Shown piece after piece: positions 21,601-32,117 of a stretch of 64,000 nucleotides of DNA. This stretch comes from Corallochytrium limacisporum Hawaii. Taxonomy: Eukaryota > Protista > Pluriformea. How positions within the stretch are numbered: position 1 is the first letter of the stretch; each line of letters opens with the position of its first letter. The position numbers and the translations under genes are program-made. Under the pieces are notes generated by a model. The model did not search any database and was not told where the DNA came from. It saw only the letters and a list, made by a program, of their open reading frames with translations. The stretch lies in contig PDIP01000048.1 in assembly GCA_002811645.1 (NCBI GenBank), positions 67,407 through 131,406 of the forward strand, read 5' to 3'.

Positions 21601-23587
21601 GATTTATGGCAAACTGTTCCGCACTGAGACCGAGACGACTAGCGAACTGGATGATCCCACCTTTGCGGAACAAAGGGTACAAATCTCGGCGACTGGCTTT
21701 CTTGGTACCCTTAGCCTTCTCTCCTTTCTGTTGCATAAGAGTGATACGAAGATTGTGGTACGCCGTTAACACGTCACCGTAATGCAGCTGAATAAAATCC
21801 TGGACGTCCGACAACTCTATGTCTGTTGTAGCGGCCTCAAGAAACTCATAGTCTGACTGATGCACTGGCCGAATGTAGGCCAGATCAAGCTGTGCGACCA
21901 TCTCGTACAAAGTTTTGTTGTCCGCTGCTTCCGGATTGTCGTACTTCTCTCCCTTCAACGATACCATAGCAAGAGATTTGGCTGTGTCTGTGACTCCATT
22001 TGTTTCCTTCTCACCGTTCTCGGTATTGTCAGGGGCGGATTCCAGATTGCGTCCGGTCACAGGAAGTGCACCAGACATGGCTCGCTCCAGGCGATCAATA
22101 AGGTTCAGGGTTTGTCCGAGATTCGTGCGAGTCTTCTTGAAAGTGGTCCAACGCATGTCATAGTCGTAGATACGCCACAGGTCGTCCACATTCAGCTGCG
22201 GCCCAATTTCCTCCCGTCTGTATCGAAGGATAAAGGGCACCTCCTTCTTCTCGTTGCGAACGAGCTTCAGCACATTGGCAATGAACAGCTGTATCTCAGG
22301 CTGCTTGACATAGGAAGTTGCCTTTGAACCCTTTCGGGCCAGAGGACGGTCAGTGGGTGAAACACGGAAGTCCTGTTCACCACTGAAGGCATTCTTGAAG
22401 ATCCAGCTTGACTCTTCTTCGATCTCTTCCGGTGCGGCACTGTGATCAACGTCAATGCCCCAGTCTAGCTGCATGCGTTCCGGTACGTCGCTCATGCGAA
22501 TTACATCGTCCTTCTCTGTCAACATCTTCTTCTCCAACACAGCCGGTTCGTAGATTTCTGTAAGATGCATTTTCTTCTTGGCTCGTTTCTGTGCCTTCTG
22601 GCGGCGGCGCTCTTCACGGGCAGCCCTTGCCTCCTGACGAGCGCGCCGGGCTTCCTCAGTCTGTTCATCGTCATCACCCTCAATGAAATCGGCCATGTCA
22701 TCTTCGTCCTCTTCGTCAAGATCATCATCCAAGTCATCTTCCGGCTCCTCGCCTTCTTCAGACTCAACATCTGACCCGAGAATGTCACGCCACTCCATGT
22801 CGTCACCGAAAATTTCACGAGCTTCTGCCAGGGCTTCGTCACCGTAGTCCATGGGTCCCTGATGGATCGCCCGACCCTCATTATCGACTAGCCAACCATC
22901 GTCTTCCTCCTCATACTCTTGTTGACGGCGGGGGCGGTCACGAGGATGGCCACGTCGCGGATCCCGACGGTCGTGGTCGTCGTACTCTTCTCCTTCTTCG
23001 TCCTCCTCGTCATCAACATGGCCCTTGCGGTCTTCGTCCTTACCCTCATAGTCATCTCCATCGCTGAATGCAATATCGTCACGCTCTTTCGTCGATTCCG
23101 GCCGCACATCACGCTCTTCCACTGCACCACGGCGAATTCGAGACTGACCCTTACGTTCGGCACGCAATTCTTCAATGGAACGTCCCGTGTTTTCAGCAAT
23201 AAGTTCAAGATCTTCGTCATCAATATCATCTTCATCGGCGAAGTCATCATCCATGTCCGGAAGTTGTCCTTGCTCGGCACCCTCACCTTCACCCCCTTCG
23301 GCAGAAGGGGCTGCAGCAACCCGATGCCTCCGGATCACCGGTTCATCTTCGTCGTCCTCATCTGAATCCAAAACTGCACGACGCTTTGCGGCCAGTGTCG
23401 CTGCGGCTGTTCCGGGACCGTCGTCCTCGTCATCTTCCGCGGGACGTTTTGACCCACTGGGAATGTCTTCTGTTTTAATCACCGGTTCCTCTTCAGCTTT
23501 GACCGGCTGAGTCGGCTGAGTGGGCTGAACATCGTCGTCCTCGTCGGAGAACGTTGCGATTTCTGCACGGTCTGCTCCGTCTGCCAT
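18659..23587 (-). CDS. SPT6: Transcription elongation factor / histone chaperone SPT6
   Basis: Acidic N-terminus, IYEPAVLEKKMLTEKDDVIR.SDVPERMQL, EVPFI..YRRE, YqgF/HhH core (LDLTRIHPESYSMARKIARDAL), S1 domain and C-terminal tandem SH2. One 1642-aa ORF. Confidence 0.97.
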   Translation of the reverse strand: MADGADRAEIATFSDEDDDVQPTQPTQPVKAEEEPVIKTEDIPSGSKRPAEDDEDDGPGTAAATLAAKRRAVLDSDEDDEDEPVIRRHRVAAAPSAEGGEGEGAEQGQLPDMDDDFADEDDIDDEDLELIAENTGRSIEELRAERKGQSRIRRGAVEERDVRPESTKERDDIAFSDGDDYEGKDEDRKGHVDDEEDEEGEEYDDHDRRDPRRGHPRDRPRRQQEYEEEDDGWLVDNEGRAIHQGPMDYGDEALAEAREIFGDDMEWRDILGSDVESEEGEEPEDDLDDDLDEEDEDDMADFIEGDDDEQTEEARRARQEARAAREERRRQKAQKRAKKKMHLTEIYEPAVLEKKMLTEKDDVIRMSDVPERMQLDWGIDVDHSAAPEEIEEESSWIFKNAFSGEQDFRVSPTDRPLARKGSKATSYVKQPEIQLFIANVLKLVRNEKKEVPFILRYRREEIGPQLNVDDLWRIYDYDMRWTTFKKTRTNLGQTLNLIDRLERAMSGALPVTGRNLESAPDNTENGEKETNGVTDTAKSLAMVSLKGEKYDNPEAADNKTLYEMVAQLDLAYIRPVHQSDYEFLEAATTDIELSDVQDFIQLHYGDVLTAYHNLRITLMQQKGEKAKGTKKASRRDLYPLFRKGGIIQFASRLGLSAEQFAINLEASSLIHKPPTEESSPDVMAEEHVSRHFPDSTEVLTAARLCYAMDLANHPKVRKYLRSNYSSIVRINAEPTQKGIKIIDEFHPVGGMKYLRGKPLDTFRGSEWLELEAAEKQGLMQVTFDADIKEFTRTVENFFLEEDFVENSASWNEERRQVINMVLNKYCFPHFEKQCRTALTRATTQYIAEECAQKLYRRVMMQPVPRLSKTHNRDDDYDDDDDEFDDSVGVNKAKVACIYLSNTTKESSFLVTIDRKGNLDITEKLQFIHAVGNPRLRKDPERQKELDELGEIMLRARPDRMLIPADMMEARDVMEDVRHTLDRVGLSHLQADFVNPDIGRTFGSSERAQLEFPDLPDDLRAAVSLCRAAQDPLLEIAGLANADDDILTLPLHHMHHRVSRPLLRTILHREVINATALVGVDINAACHLTHTQSVVPFVSGLGFRKAEALINNINQSQSRGLRTRTDIISIGKLGAIVFENCAAFLLVLAVKASAFERDAMFEDTKQEPLDLTRIHPESYSMARKIARDALEHEVEDKANPSAVIEEIRENPGALRALDLDAYAQQLISMGKGDKSITLRDIKEELIAPFGEKRASYMVLTEPEVFYLLTGESPKTLYEGCLVRVTVAFVDDHSAAVKLDNGLRGVISRTNVSDRDVRSVRDRLKRNQTIDARVLSIRFKEFEVDLTCRSSDLRNMPRSRGHLDRYYDEYKEADDQEALERTKTEANAPQHIVRQVVHDSFRNFNYAMASKYLEKMDIGDCVIRPARVDLHLTLTWKIAEGIYANVDIEESADRTAAKLGSRLRIGRESYDSLDELIGRYVMPVSSFMRDATDHPKFQDVDEEGAKRFCADQVAANPERFPYVLFLSRQRPGTLSLAYQPGQRNSCRMESVEVHPSGYRFRGKTHMILDDLIRWFKQNWNARPPPQAAAGAGGRPRDYGGSGSGGRGAPAAPLAPMAQTFGNAPPPQAYGSSSNERGGYGGAGYR

Positions 23588-24274
23588 ACTTCCAACGAAA
23601 CAATACTACTCCGTTAACCACACCCTATTTACACCGCATGCTAATTATTTCAAGTGTATGCTCGGTATCCGATTTATGAACCACCAGTATCAATGTTCCG
23701 TTTTCTTTAAAGGAGCGGATTACGCAACGTTCACACCACAACATCATGATTTGCCTTTGCATGACCTAAATAGTAGTGTAAATTGTAACAACAGCATTGG
23801 TGAATTAGTTCGAACATAATCCTCAACTTAGCGAGTAAAGAAGGCTGTGAGCGAAAGAAACTGATGAAATGAAAATAAAAACCAAAACACCTATGGTTCC
23901 AAAAGCCACTGCCGGGTCGTGCCTATATTTTCTCTCTCCTTGGTCCCCGAGCAAGGGCCCTCCCCCTTCCATTGTGACCGCGCGGGATTTCGATCGAGTG
24001 GGCCCCCCCCGGGGGCTTCGGTTTGGAATGGAGTGACGGGGAGAGGCCTCCGCGGGCGGGGAGGGCCACACCACGCAGCTGTTCAGACCCGCCCGGAACC
24101 TAATTGCGGGACTGAGGGACCCGAAAAGTCGTTTGATAGTGACTTGCTGACGAGTTGTCCTCATTTGCTCAGCTACTTCAGTCACTCATGGCCATATGTT
24201 TATTTTGGTCTGGTGACAACATTGCAGACGAATAGACAAGCTGTGCATTTACAGATCACACGGCGGGGTAAACC

Positions 24275-24784
24275 ATGGCAGGCACGAAAGGCATGCGGGA
24301 TCGCATCCGTCGCAAGCATCGCCTTGCAAGCCGAAAAGCAGAAACGGACAAGGCCGAAGAGAAGAAAACAAAAGAAATTGAAGCTGTTGAAGAGCAGAAG
24401 ACTAAACGGGAAAAGAAAGAAGCCAAACGTGCAATCAAAATCGAGGCTATGGCTCGTAGAAACAAAGCACTGCGCAAGATTCAAGCGCGTCATCAGAGAA
24501 ACCAGGACACCAAGGACCAACCCCTGGCAGGAGTGGGATCGATGTTCGATGCTATTGAGAGCATTGATGAAGAGACAATCAAGAAGGACCTTGTGAAGAA
24601 GCACAAGGTCAAGAAGCAACAGATTCAGCCAAAGGTTGTTAAGTCGCGAAAGGGACGACAGTATGCGGCTGTAAAGGAGTCTATGATCTTCAACTCCGTG
24701 CTCAAAAATGATACGTTCAAAAAGGACCCTCTGGGTGCTCTTGCACAGCACATCCGTGCCAAGGTGAACGCAAAGGCCATCTAG
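24275..24784 (+). CDS. SLX9: Ribosome biogenesis protein SLX9/FAM207A-like
   Basis: Very basic small protein ending FNSVLKNDTFKKDPLGALAQHI, the SLX9-type C-terminal signature. ACC-ATG start. Confidence 0.75.
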   Translation: MAGTKGMRDRIRRKHRLASRKAETDKAEEKKTKEIEAVEEQKTKREKKEAKRAIKIEAMARRNKALRKIQARHQRNQDTKDQPLAGVGSMFDAIESIDEETIKKDLVKKHKVKKQQIQPKVVKSRKGRQYAAVKESMIFNSVLKNDTFKKDPLGALAQHIRAKVNAKAI

Positions 24785-24896
24785 GATGTTAGCAACGCTC
24801 GAAACTTACGTAAAGAAAAACCCTGTACCATATCGAATTATTCATGCTTATCTAACATTTTAATACATACAACCTACAAACATTGAAGCTTTTGGT

Positions 24897-25781
24897 TCAT
24901 AGCTTAAATCCAGAATGAATAGCGGCAACACCAAAGGTGAGGTTCTCGTAATCAACTTCTTTGAATCCAGCCTCTCGTACGATGCCAGCAAAGGTTTCTT
25001 GGTCCGGGAATCGTCGAATAGACTCAACTAGGTACTGATACGAGTCACGATCGTCCGCCAGCAGCCGACCCATCTCCGGGATCACATTGAAAGAGTATAG
25101 ATCATAGAGCTGTTTGAGCGCCGGGTAAGGTACCTGAGAGAACTCCAGAACCATCAGCCGACCACCAGGTTTCAGCACCCGGTATGCTTCACGGACCACC
25201 TGGTCCGGGTGTGTTGTGTTGCGAATGCAAAATGCGATCGTATATGCATCGAAGGTATTGTCTTCGAAAGGCAGAGCCTCTGCATTGCCCTGAACCCATT
25301 CCATGATGTTTTCTGAAATTCCCATACTAGACATACGTTGCTTGCCGACTTCTAACATCTCAGCATTGATATCAAAGACCGTGACGATTGGTCCTTCAGC
25401 CTCCATGAGAGCACGTGCGTGGTTTTGTTGCATGTACTTGGCAAAGCGGAAGGCAATATCTCCAGTACCACCGCCCACATCTAAAAGTTTCATTCCTGGC
25501 CTAGGTCCTAGCTTGGCAATGTAGTGGTCTTTCCACAGTCGGTGAACTCCGGCGCTCATAGCATCATTCATAAGATCATAAGAATCCGCTACGTTGGAGA
25601 ATACGGCCCGCACTTTGTCTTCCTTTTCATCTTCGTCGACTGTCTGGTAGCCGAAATGTGTTTTGCGCTTTTCCTCACCGTAATGTCTAGATGTCTTCAG
25701 AAGACCACCAGCAATAGATCGCGGAGCAGTCTTCAGAGGACGCTGTCGCAGAGTTTGCCGGACCAGATTCGCAAGAGACAT
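24897..25781 (-). CDS. COQ5: Ubiquinone biosynthesis C-methyltransferase COQ5 (UbiE family), mitochondrial
   Basis: Presequence-like N-terminus; [64 protein letters not shown]. Confidence 0.97.
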   Translation of the reverse strand: MSLANLVRQTLRQRPLKTAPRSIAGGLLKTSRHYGEEKRKTHFGYQTVDEDEKEDKVRAVFSNVADSYDLMNDAMSAGVHRLWKDHYIAKLGPRPGMKLLDVGGGTGDIAFRFAKYMQQNHARALMEAEGPIVTVFDINAEMLEVGKQRMSSMGISENIMEWVQGNAEALPFEDNTFDAYTIAFCIRNTTHPDQVVREAYRVLKPGGRLMVLEFSQVPYPALKQLYDLYSFNVIPEMGRLLADDRDSYQYLVESIRRFPDQETFAGIVREAGFKEVDYENLTFGVAAIHSGFKL

Positions 25782-26165
25782 GTTTGTGCATGCGTCGATT
25801 CAGATCGTCTGCCATGTGTTCTTCAGTCTTTTCTGCCAAAGTCGTCTATAATGCTATCAGCGTGTGTTGGAATGCGAAACGAAAGGTTCGCGGCCTTAAA
25901 TATGCCCGCCAGCATACATTTTCCTCCTGCCCGGTTATGTCGTCACACGAGCCAGTCTATCAGGTGGGAGAGGGTGGGGAGGAGATCGACCTTAGAATGG
26001 ACTCAAGGGTAGTGGTCGACAAGTGGATACCGGTATGTCGATATGCATCGGATGAAGTGGACGCAACAACAGCAACATGTACTAGATCAACGCAAATGAG
26101 ATAATCATTTTTATTAGACGAGCAGTTGTAGGCTGCCCTAAAATTATTGTTTTTCATACACTAGT

Positions 26166-26366
26166 TTACATTTCGTCAGCCATCTTCTTGCCTTTGTTCG
26201 TCAACTTGCGGAGCATACGACGGATCCAGCGGTTCAGAGAAACTCCGGTCCAAACACCAAAAACATATATGCAACCCGCAATGATAAGACCGGCCTTGCC
26301 GCTGAGAATCAGGCGATTGTCAGGCGTAAGCCCAATTGCACGACCACCAACACCTGAGCCAGACAT
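26166..26366 (-). CDS. Small single-TM protein (66 aa), unknown
   Basis: ACC-ATG start, one hydrophobic Gly-rich helix followed by a basic amphipathic tail (RWIRRMLRKL), and AT-rich sequence after the stop. Confidence 0.55.
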   Translation of the reverse strand: MSGSGVGGRAIGLTPDNRLILSGKAGLIIAGCIYVFGVWTGVSLNRWIRRMLRKLTNKGKKMADEM

Positions 26367-27473
26367 GGTGAACAGAAGAGTCAGTTGTTCTGCAGTAGTA
26401 TGGAGAACGGCTCTCTGTCACGTCGATCTATTGCAACCATAGGACCTCCGGCAAATACCTCCGCGCCCTAGGTGGTAAAATCGTTCTCGTGGCCGCGAAC
26501 GAACAAAGTGGTGGATTTCGGAACGGCGAGCAGGTGGGTTCTTTCAGGGATTTGGAGAAAGGGAGAGGGTGCGGGGGAGTGGACTATGGGGACAAAGAGG
26601 TCTACGCGAGATCGTGCAAAGGTTGAGACACCAATCTGTTGCGAACTGTCATTAAATTGATCTGTTGACTGCTACGATGTCAATGGAGTACTGGATGTCA
26701 ATACCTTTGGATCATTTTCTATACTTACATGGAAAGCAATTGCATAGTGTACGTCCTTTCAACCCCGATCACGATAGTCAACAATGCGAACAGCTCGCCT
26801 CTCCCGACTTTTAACTGAAACCCTCATTTCAGAAACGGAACCCTCCCTGATTGGCTAGTGATGTAGGCAACCCCTTGGTAATAGTATCTGGAGGGGAAAA
26901 TAAAATTTTTGCGGTCAATTTTCATACTACCATAAACCCGTATAGGTGCCAAGAAATAAGCGTGTTACAACAATATAGCGAATGTACTATCAAACTTTCA
27001 GCCCAAAGAAACTTGCCTTCAGCGCTCCAATGAGCAGGCTGATGGGATCGTGCTCGCCCCTTCCCCTACCCCCCCCACGCAGGAAAAGGTCTGAGGAGCA
27101 GGCCCCGTTGCCAGTACAAAATGAACCGACCCGGGCCCGTTGCTAACTGAGCTCGCGGTGGCGGGGTGAGTCCTTCCGACTTGGTCACTAGGCCTTGGCC
27201 GCCTGTGCATCCAATCCCATTCCACGGTCGTGCACTTTTAACATGTACCCGGCCGTAATCGTTGCGTCACAAGCAACCGCAGACAGTATTCAAAAAATAA
27301 TTTTCCCCATTGCAACCAAGGCGTCGGTGTACATGTGGGGGTGGCGCTGTGTCCTGTGAAAACGACAGCTCCAGTAAGCAGGATCTGGAAAATGTCATCT
27401 ATGGGGTATTTTAGAGCTTCTTAGCAGAATAACTCGTCGTGAATATAGGCACAACTACATAAACGAAATAAAG

Positions 27474-28709
27474 ATGACTGTGACACCAGCAACCGGGCTG
27501 GTCAGCCCGCCGGCCATTGTCCCTGAACCCAAGACAGGCGCTAGTCTCCAAGCCGGGCAACGGGAAGAAATCTTGGATGACCATCAAATTATTCTGGATG
27601 AACCCGTGCCGAAGTCAGACCTCTTCGATGACGATGACATTATCGGATACGGGACACATGTACAGAAGGCGATCCGTCGCGGCCGTCTGCAAAAGATTGA
27701 GAAAATGCTAGGTGCCAGACTCGGCGATACACAGCTGAAAGCACAGTCCCTGGTAACCGACTCTCCTGCCGAAATTTCACCGCTGATCACACCCACCAAT
27801 GCAGTGGCAGATCCCTACTACAGACCCAGAAGCCTTGGTAATGAAGACAGTACGGATGAATTGGAAGCAGGGAAGGATAAGGTCGTGCGGCAACGTCGCA
27901 TGCGTAAGATCAATGACTTTTTCGGTGAAGATGTTGGGGAGAAGCTGTTATATGAGCAGAAGATTATCACAGAGCTGGAGCGCGAACAATCAGGCCGATA
28001 CATGTCGGACAAGGATATTCGGTCCCTGGAAAGCGACCTTGTTCAGGTCAGAAGCTCTCTACGGGCTCATAATGGACATCCTTGCACAGGTCGTCTTATT
28101 CTCACTATTCACTCCGTCCGCGATCTGCGTTGCGAAGGACCGAGCTTTGTTAGCGTTCGCATCGATGGCCAGCGGGTTGCACGAAGCAAAGGTTATCGCT
28201 CCCTATCCACCACTACTGAGGCTCTGGACGCATCATTCACATTCTATTGCCACGAAGCGACCGTTGTTGACCTCGTGGTCCAGAGGGAAAGCATTGGTGG
28301 TTTAACTTCAGTGGAGGGCACGTGTCGCATGAGCATTGATCGCATTCTCGAGGAGGGTGTTCCCGAAGGTGGCGCATGGCTTGAGGTCATTCCCGATGGC
28401 CGTATGTTGGTAGAAGCATCCTTCGTGGAGACAATTAATATGGCCGACCGTACACTGCTGCTCAAGAGCAACACAAATCCAAATGACAATATGAATTTTC
28501 TGCAAAAGATCTTCAACAAGGACAAGGGGTCCTCATTGCGACCTTTGGCAAACGTGGAACCTCAGACCTTGGAAGAACTGTTTGCAGAGGAAGAGCGTGA
28601 AATCGTGCGGCTAGCTGCTGAGCATGAAGCAGCTCTCAAGTTGCTGCGTCAGTCCTACCGCGCAAAAATTGCCAATCTATGCCAACAAGGTGCTCGTAGC
28701 CCAAAGTAA
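27474..28709 (+). CDS. C2-domain protein (novel-PKC-like C2) with coiled coils, no kinase domain
   Basis: GRLILTIHSVRDL...FVSVRIDGQRVARSK...FTF...VDLVV...AWLEVIPDGRMLVEASF has a C2 beta-sandwich pattern. AAG-ATG start. Confidence 0.7.
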   Translation: MTVTPATGLVSPPAIVPEPKTGASLQAGQREEILDDHQIILDEPVPKSDLFDDDDIIGYGTHVQKAIRRGRLQKIEKMLGARLGDTQLKAQSLVTDSPAEISPLITPTNAVADPYYRPRSLGNEDSTDELEAGKDKVVRQRRMRKINDFFGEDVGEKLLYEQKIITELEREQSGRYMSDKDIRSLESDLVQVRSSLRAHNGHPCTGRLILTIHSVRDLRCEGPSFVSVRIDGQRVARSKGYRSLSTTTEALDASFTFYCHEATVVDLVVQRESIGGLTSVEGTCRMSIDRILEEGVPEGGAWLEVIPDGRMLVEASFVETINMADRTLLLKSNTNPNDNMNFLQKIFNKDKGSSLRPLANVEPQTLEELFAEEEREIVRLAAEHEAALKLLRQSYRAKIANLCQQGARSPK

Positions 28710-28829
28710 TATAATTCACTTGGTAAAATGTATCAAGATGTGATGAATATATCAGAAAAAGTTCCGCTTTGTTTCGTCGATGTGATACACATGTGATACG
28801 GTACTGGGACCTATACAATGCATCCCAAT

Positions 28830-29702
28830 TTACGTGAGGCTCTCTTCTCCGACACTGTTCTTGATGCGGAGCAGCATGGATGTCATCCACGCCTCCAGAC
28901 GGCTGACACTGTCATACTCGGCAACGACCTGTGTGTACTTTTCGATATCCTCTTCCTCAACTGCATCAATCAGATCCTTTAGGAAGCGATATTCCCGACT
29001 ATCTTCAAAGGCTGCAAACATATCGCAGTAGTTCTGCACGGCCTTTTTTGCTCCTTCGAGATCACCATTGGCGAGATGGCAGATACCAGCCTTCAGGAAG
29101 TAGTCCTTCGCACTCCACTTCAGCAAGTTGTTTTCGCAGCTGACCGCGGCAATACCCTCGTAGATTTCAATGGCCTCCTGGTACCGCTCAAGCTGAGCAG
29201 CGTATTGAGCCACCTTAAGCCGGCACTTGTTGGCTTGGCTTGTACTGTCCTCGCCTTGGAACCAGTCGCCGGCCTGCCTATAGGAGCTCATAGCCTTCTC
29301 CAGATCGGTCAGCTCACCCTCGTAAATCTCGGCAACGGAAACTTCGTGCTTAGCTGCCATGGTAAAGCGGCCATTCTCCAGCAGGCCGTTAATGGCAGCC
29401 CGATAACAGCGCACAGCATTCTCGGGGTTGCCCTTCTTGTATGCACTGGCAGCATTCACCATGATCTGAATGGCTTCAAAGTCGGCTCCAGCCATCTTCA
29501 TCTGCTGCGATTGCTTTTCGTAGGCTTCTCCAGCGCGGTCCCACTCCTTGGCTAGCTTGTAGAGGTTTCCGGCACGACCGTAAATTTCAGCACAATCCTC
29601 ATGCTTGCTACCACCCCCGAGGAAATTGAAGAGACCGCCTCCCTTCTGTGCCTTCTTGTCTGCCTGAGCCATCAGCTCATTGGCTTTTGCTGCGTCTGCC
29701 AT
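28830..29702 (-). CDS. NAPA: Alpha-soluble NSF attachment protein (alpha-SNAP/Sec17)
   Basis: GRFTMAAKH, AEIYE, SQANKCRLKVAQYAAQLERY, LLKWSAKDYFLKA, F.DSRE, YDSVSRL. Confidence 0.97.
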   Translation of the reverse strand: MADAAKANELMAQADKKAQKGGGLFNFLGGGSKHEDCAEIYGRAGNLYKLAKEWDRAGEAYEKQSQQMKMAGADFEAIQIMVNAASAYKKGNPENAVRCYRAAINGLLENGRFTMAAKHEVSVAEIYEGELTDLEKAMSSYRQAGDWFQGEDSTSQANKCRLKVAQYAAQLERYQEAIEIYEGIAAVSCENNLLKWSAKDYFLKAGICHLANGDLEGAKKAVQNYCDMFAAFEDSREYRFLKDLIDAVEEEDIEKYTQVVAEYDSVSRLEAWMTSMLLRIKNSVGEESLT

Positions 29703-30260
29703 GGTTAATCAAGTTTGATTGTCAACATGAACTGAAGCTTAGACTGATGATCAATTTATTCACGTACAATATCTACATGTTAGCTGTCTTATAGCCCTTC
29801 AATCCACTGATCAACGCAGACATGACGAAACATGAGCACGTAAATGATGAGTTTGTGACACTTTCCTTGCACCCCCTCACCCCCCGCTCTCCCAAATGTG
29901 AAATCACAACACAAAGCAATGCTTCCCCCCAACGATTGGATACTACGGGCCAAGGGCCCGCACACTCGAGTACGACTCTCTGACCAGGAGGGGAGGGGAT
30001 CAGCGCTTCCTGGAGCCGGGTTCGTTCAGTGCGGCAGCAGCGACACTCAAAAGCAACGAAGGGGAAAATGGAAGGCCGACCGCCGGTTCCTTTGGTTCTC
30101 TGGATATGGAACCAAAAATGGAAGAAAGGGGGAGAGAGGCCTTCGTGATGGAGTGAAAAAATGGACTCCTCCCGGGAAACCTCTTCACTGTGGGGCTGGT
30201 GCCCTGATCGGATTACTCAAATGTTTGATAGGGTCTTTACTATACTGCTATTGATCGCAC

Positions 30261-32117
30261 TTAGTCACTGGGCGGCACCTTTCGTTCGAACTGGAGCACA
30301 GTCTCGAAGTGGTTAGTATGTGGGAACATATCGACAAGGACAATCTTTTTGATCTCGAAGGGCCTACCCTTGAAGCGTTGGCTTGGTGGGCGGCAGAGAT
30401 CAACAAAATTCCGGGCGGCTTGCTTAACATCGCAGGAGACAAATACTAGGCGCTCGATAGAATCAGTGGTGCGCAGATAGCGCACCAAACTGACGTGTAA
30501 ACCGGCTCGGGGTGGATCTACTACCGCCACAACTTTGTCTGTCTTGTGCTCTTGAGTGACTGGGAATACGGTCTCCTCCGCTTTGCCAACATGATACTCC
30601 ACATTGGTGATGCCATTCATATCTGCATTCTTCTTTGCATCGTCAATGGCATCCTTGACAATCTCAAAGCCGTGAACAAGTTTGAAGGACTTTGCCATGG
30701 CAAGACCTATGGTGCCAGTTCCACAGCAGACATCGAAGAGGACGCTAGTAGACACATCAATACCCTCAGTAGCGAACTCACGAATCTTGTCGTACAGCAC
30801 ATTGGACGCAGGTCGGTTCACCTGGAAAAATGCAGTGGGACTCACCCGGAATTTTAGCCCTTGCAACTTATCCACAAAGTAGTCAGAACCTGCCAGCACC
30901 TTGCACGCTAGATCCGAACGAAAGCCAACATTCACCTGCGCGCCTTCCTGCACCATCACACTCAATTCCGGTACGTCCTTAACAGCCTCACCTGCTGTAC
31001 CATCATTACCATCCTTAGCGCGTGCAAGAGCCAAGGCTTTTATCTCCGATTCCCATGCCTTTGACATACCGGACAGAAACTCTTCGCAGCCCTGCTGGAC
31101 CGCTTCTGCACCTGCAAACTCTGGGTGCACTTGAGCCACGACCATGCAGTCACCGTCATATGCTTCTCTAACCAGCATGGTTCTCCAGAAACCTTTCTTC
31201 TCCAATCTGTCGAACGGAGGCAGCTTTGAGCTGCGAATGATGTTCTGGTAGGTCTTCGCGAACGCCTTGCTTGTGTCGGACATGTGCGGACACTCCGATG
31301 CTGGTCCGACACTGACCGATCCCTCCCGATACAACCCATACTGAAAGCCGACGGTGGGCAATCCATCCGGTCCAGGTCCCAGATTGAAGTCCGATTTGTT
31401 GCGATATCCATTAATCTGTGGACTGGGGATGATGTGTTCCAATAGATTCACAGTGTTCTCCTTGGTCAAATTGCGAAGCCAGTGCAATTGATCTTCACCT
31501 TCGGCCGGGGCCTCACGGTACTTTGTGTCAGCGTTCCGCAGACTCGCTTTCAGCTCATCGTGGAGATTCTTCAGCACTGTTTGAGCTGCCTTAGTCTTGT
31601 GCACAAGCTGATCTTCGTAGCTTAGTCGCCACAAAGGTGCGGTCTTGTCATTGATCTTTTCGGCGGGTGTCCGGTCATCAGCCTCATCAGCTTTCTGATG
31701 TTCCTCCAAGGCTTTGCGTTTTTTCGCAATTGCTCTTTCATTGTTGCGGGGCGCCGCCTCCACCACAGACAGTTGGTTCCCGGAGATGATAACTTCCTCC
31801 AGAATCTTCTTCGCCGCTGCCCTCTTCTCCTCGTTCTCGAACGAAAGGTAGGTGAAGCGGTCCCTGGCATTCATCATGGGCATGACCTTTGTGAACTCTA
31901 CGCCAAGGTTCCGAAGGCGATTCTTCAACTTGCTCATAGGTTCTCTCGGCAAATTCCGAACACCCAGCCTTGGCCGAGGCTGAGCTGCGCTCGAACGATG
32001 GTCGGTTTGCGCAGTCTCACTGCCGTTGGTAGTATTTGTGCCCAGGCCCTCAGTCCCTGTTGCCACATTTTCAGGAGCTCCCGTTACCGATTGATCGGCT
32101 TGCTGTGTGGTTGCCAT
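30261..32117 (-). CDS. TRMT2A: tRNA (uracil-54-C5)-methyltransferase, TRMT2A/Trm2 type with N-terminal RRM
   Basis: PLWRLSYEDQL, GYRNK, GFWR, SPTAFFQVN, DVCCGTGTIG, VDPPRAGLH, FVSC, VDMFPHTNHFE. The first ATG is at 32117; the track start at 32261 is a GTG. Confidence 0.93.
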   Translation of the reverse strand: MATTQQADQSVTGAPENVATGTEGLGTNTTNGSETAQTDHRSSAAQPRPRLGVRNLPREPMSKLKNRLRNLGVEFTKVMPMMNARDRFTYLSFENEEKRAAAKKILEEVIISGNQLSVVEAAPRNNERAIAKKRKALEEHQKADEADDRTPAEKINDKTAPLWRLSYEDQLVHKTKAAQTVLKNLHDELKASLRNADTKYREAPAEGEDQLHWLRNLTKENTVNLLEHIIPSPQINGYRNKSDFNLGPGPDGLPTVGFQYGLYREGSVSVGPASECPHMSDTSKAFAKTYQNIIRSSKLPPFDRLEKKGFWRTMLVREAYDGDCMVVAQVHPEFAGAEAVQQGCEEFLSGMSKAWESEIKALALARAKDGNDGTAGEAVKDVPELSVMVQEGAQVNVGFRSDLACKVLAGSDYFVDKLQGLKFRVSPTAFFQVNRPASNVLYDKIREFATEGIDVSTSVLFDVCCGTGTIGLAMAKSFKLVHGFEIVKDAIDDAKKNADMNGITNVEYHVGKAEETVFPVTQEHKTDKVVAVVDPPRAGLHVSLVRYLRTTDSIERLVFVSCDVKQAARNFVDLCRPPSQRFKGRPFEIKKIVLVDMFPHTNHFETVLQFERKVPPSD

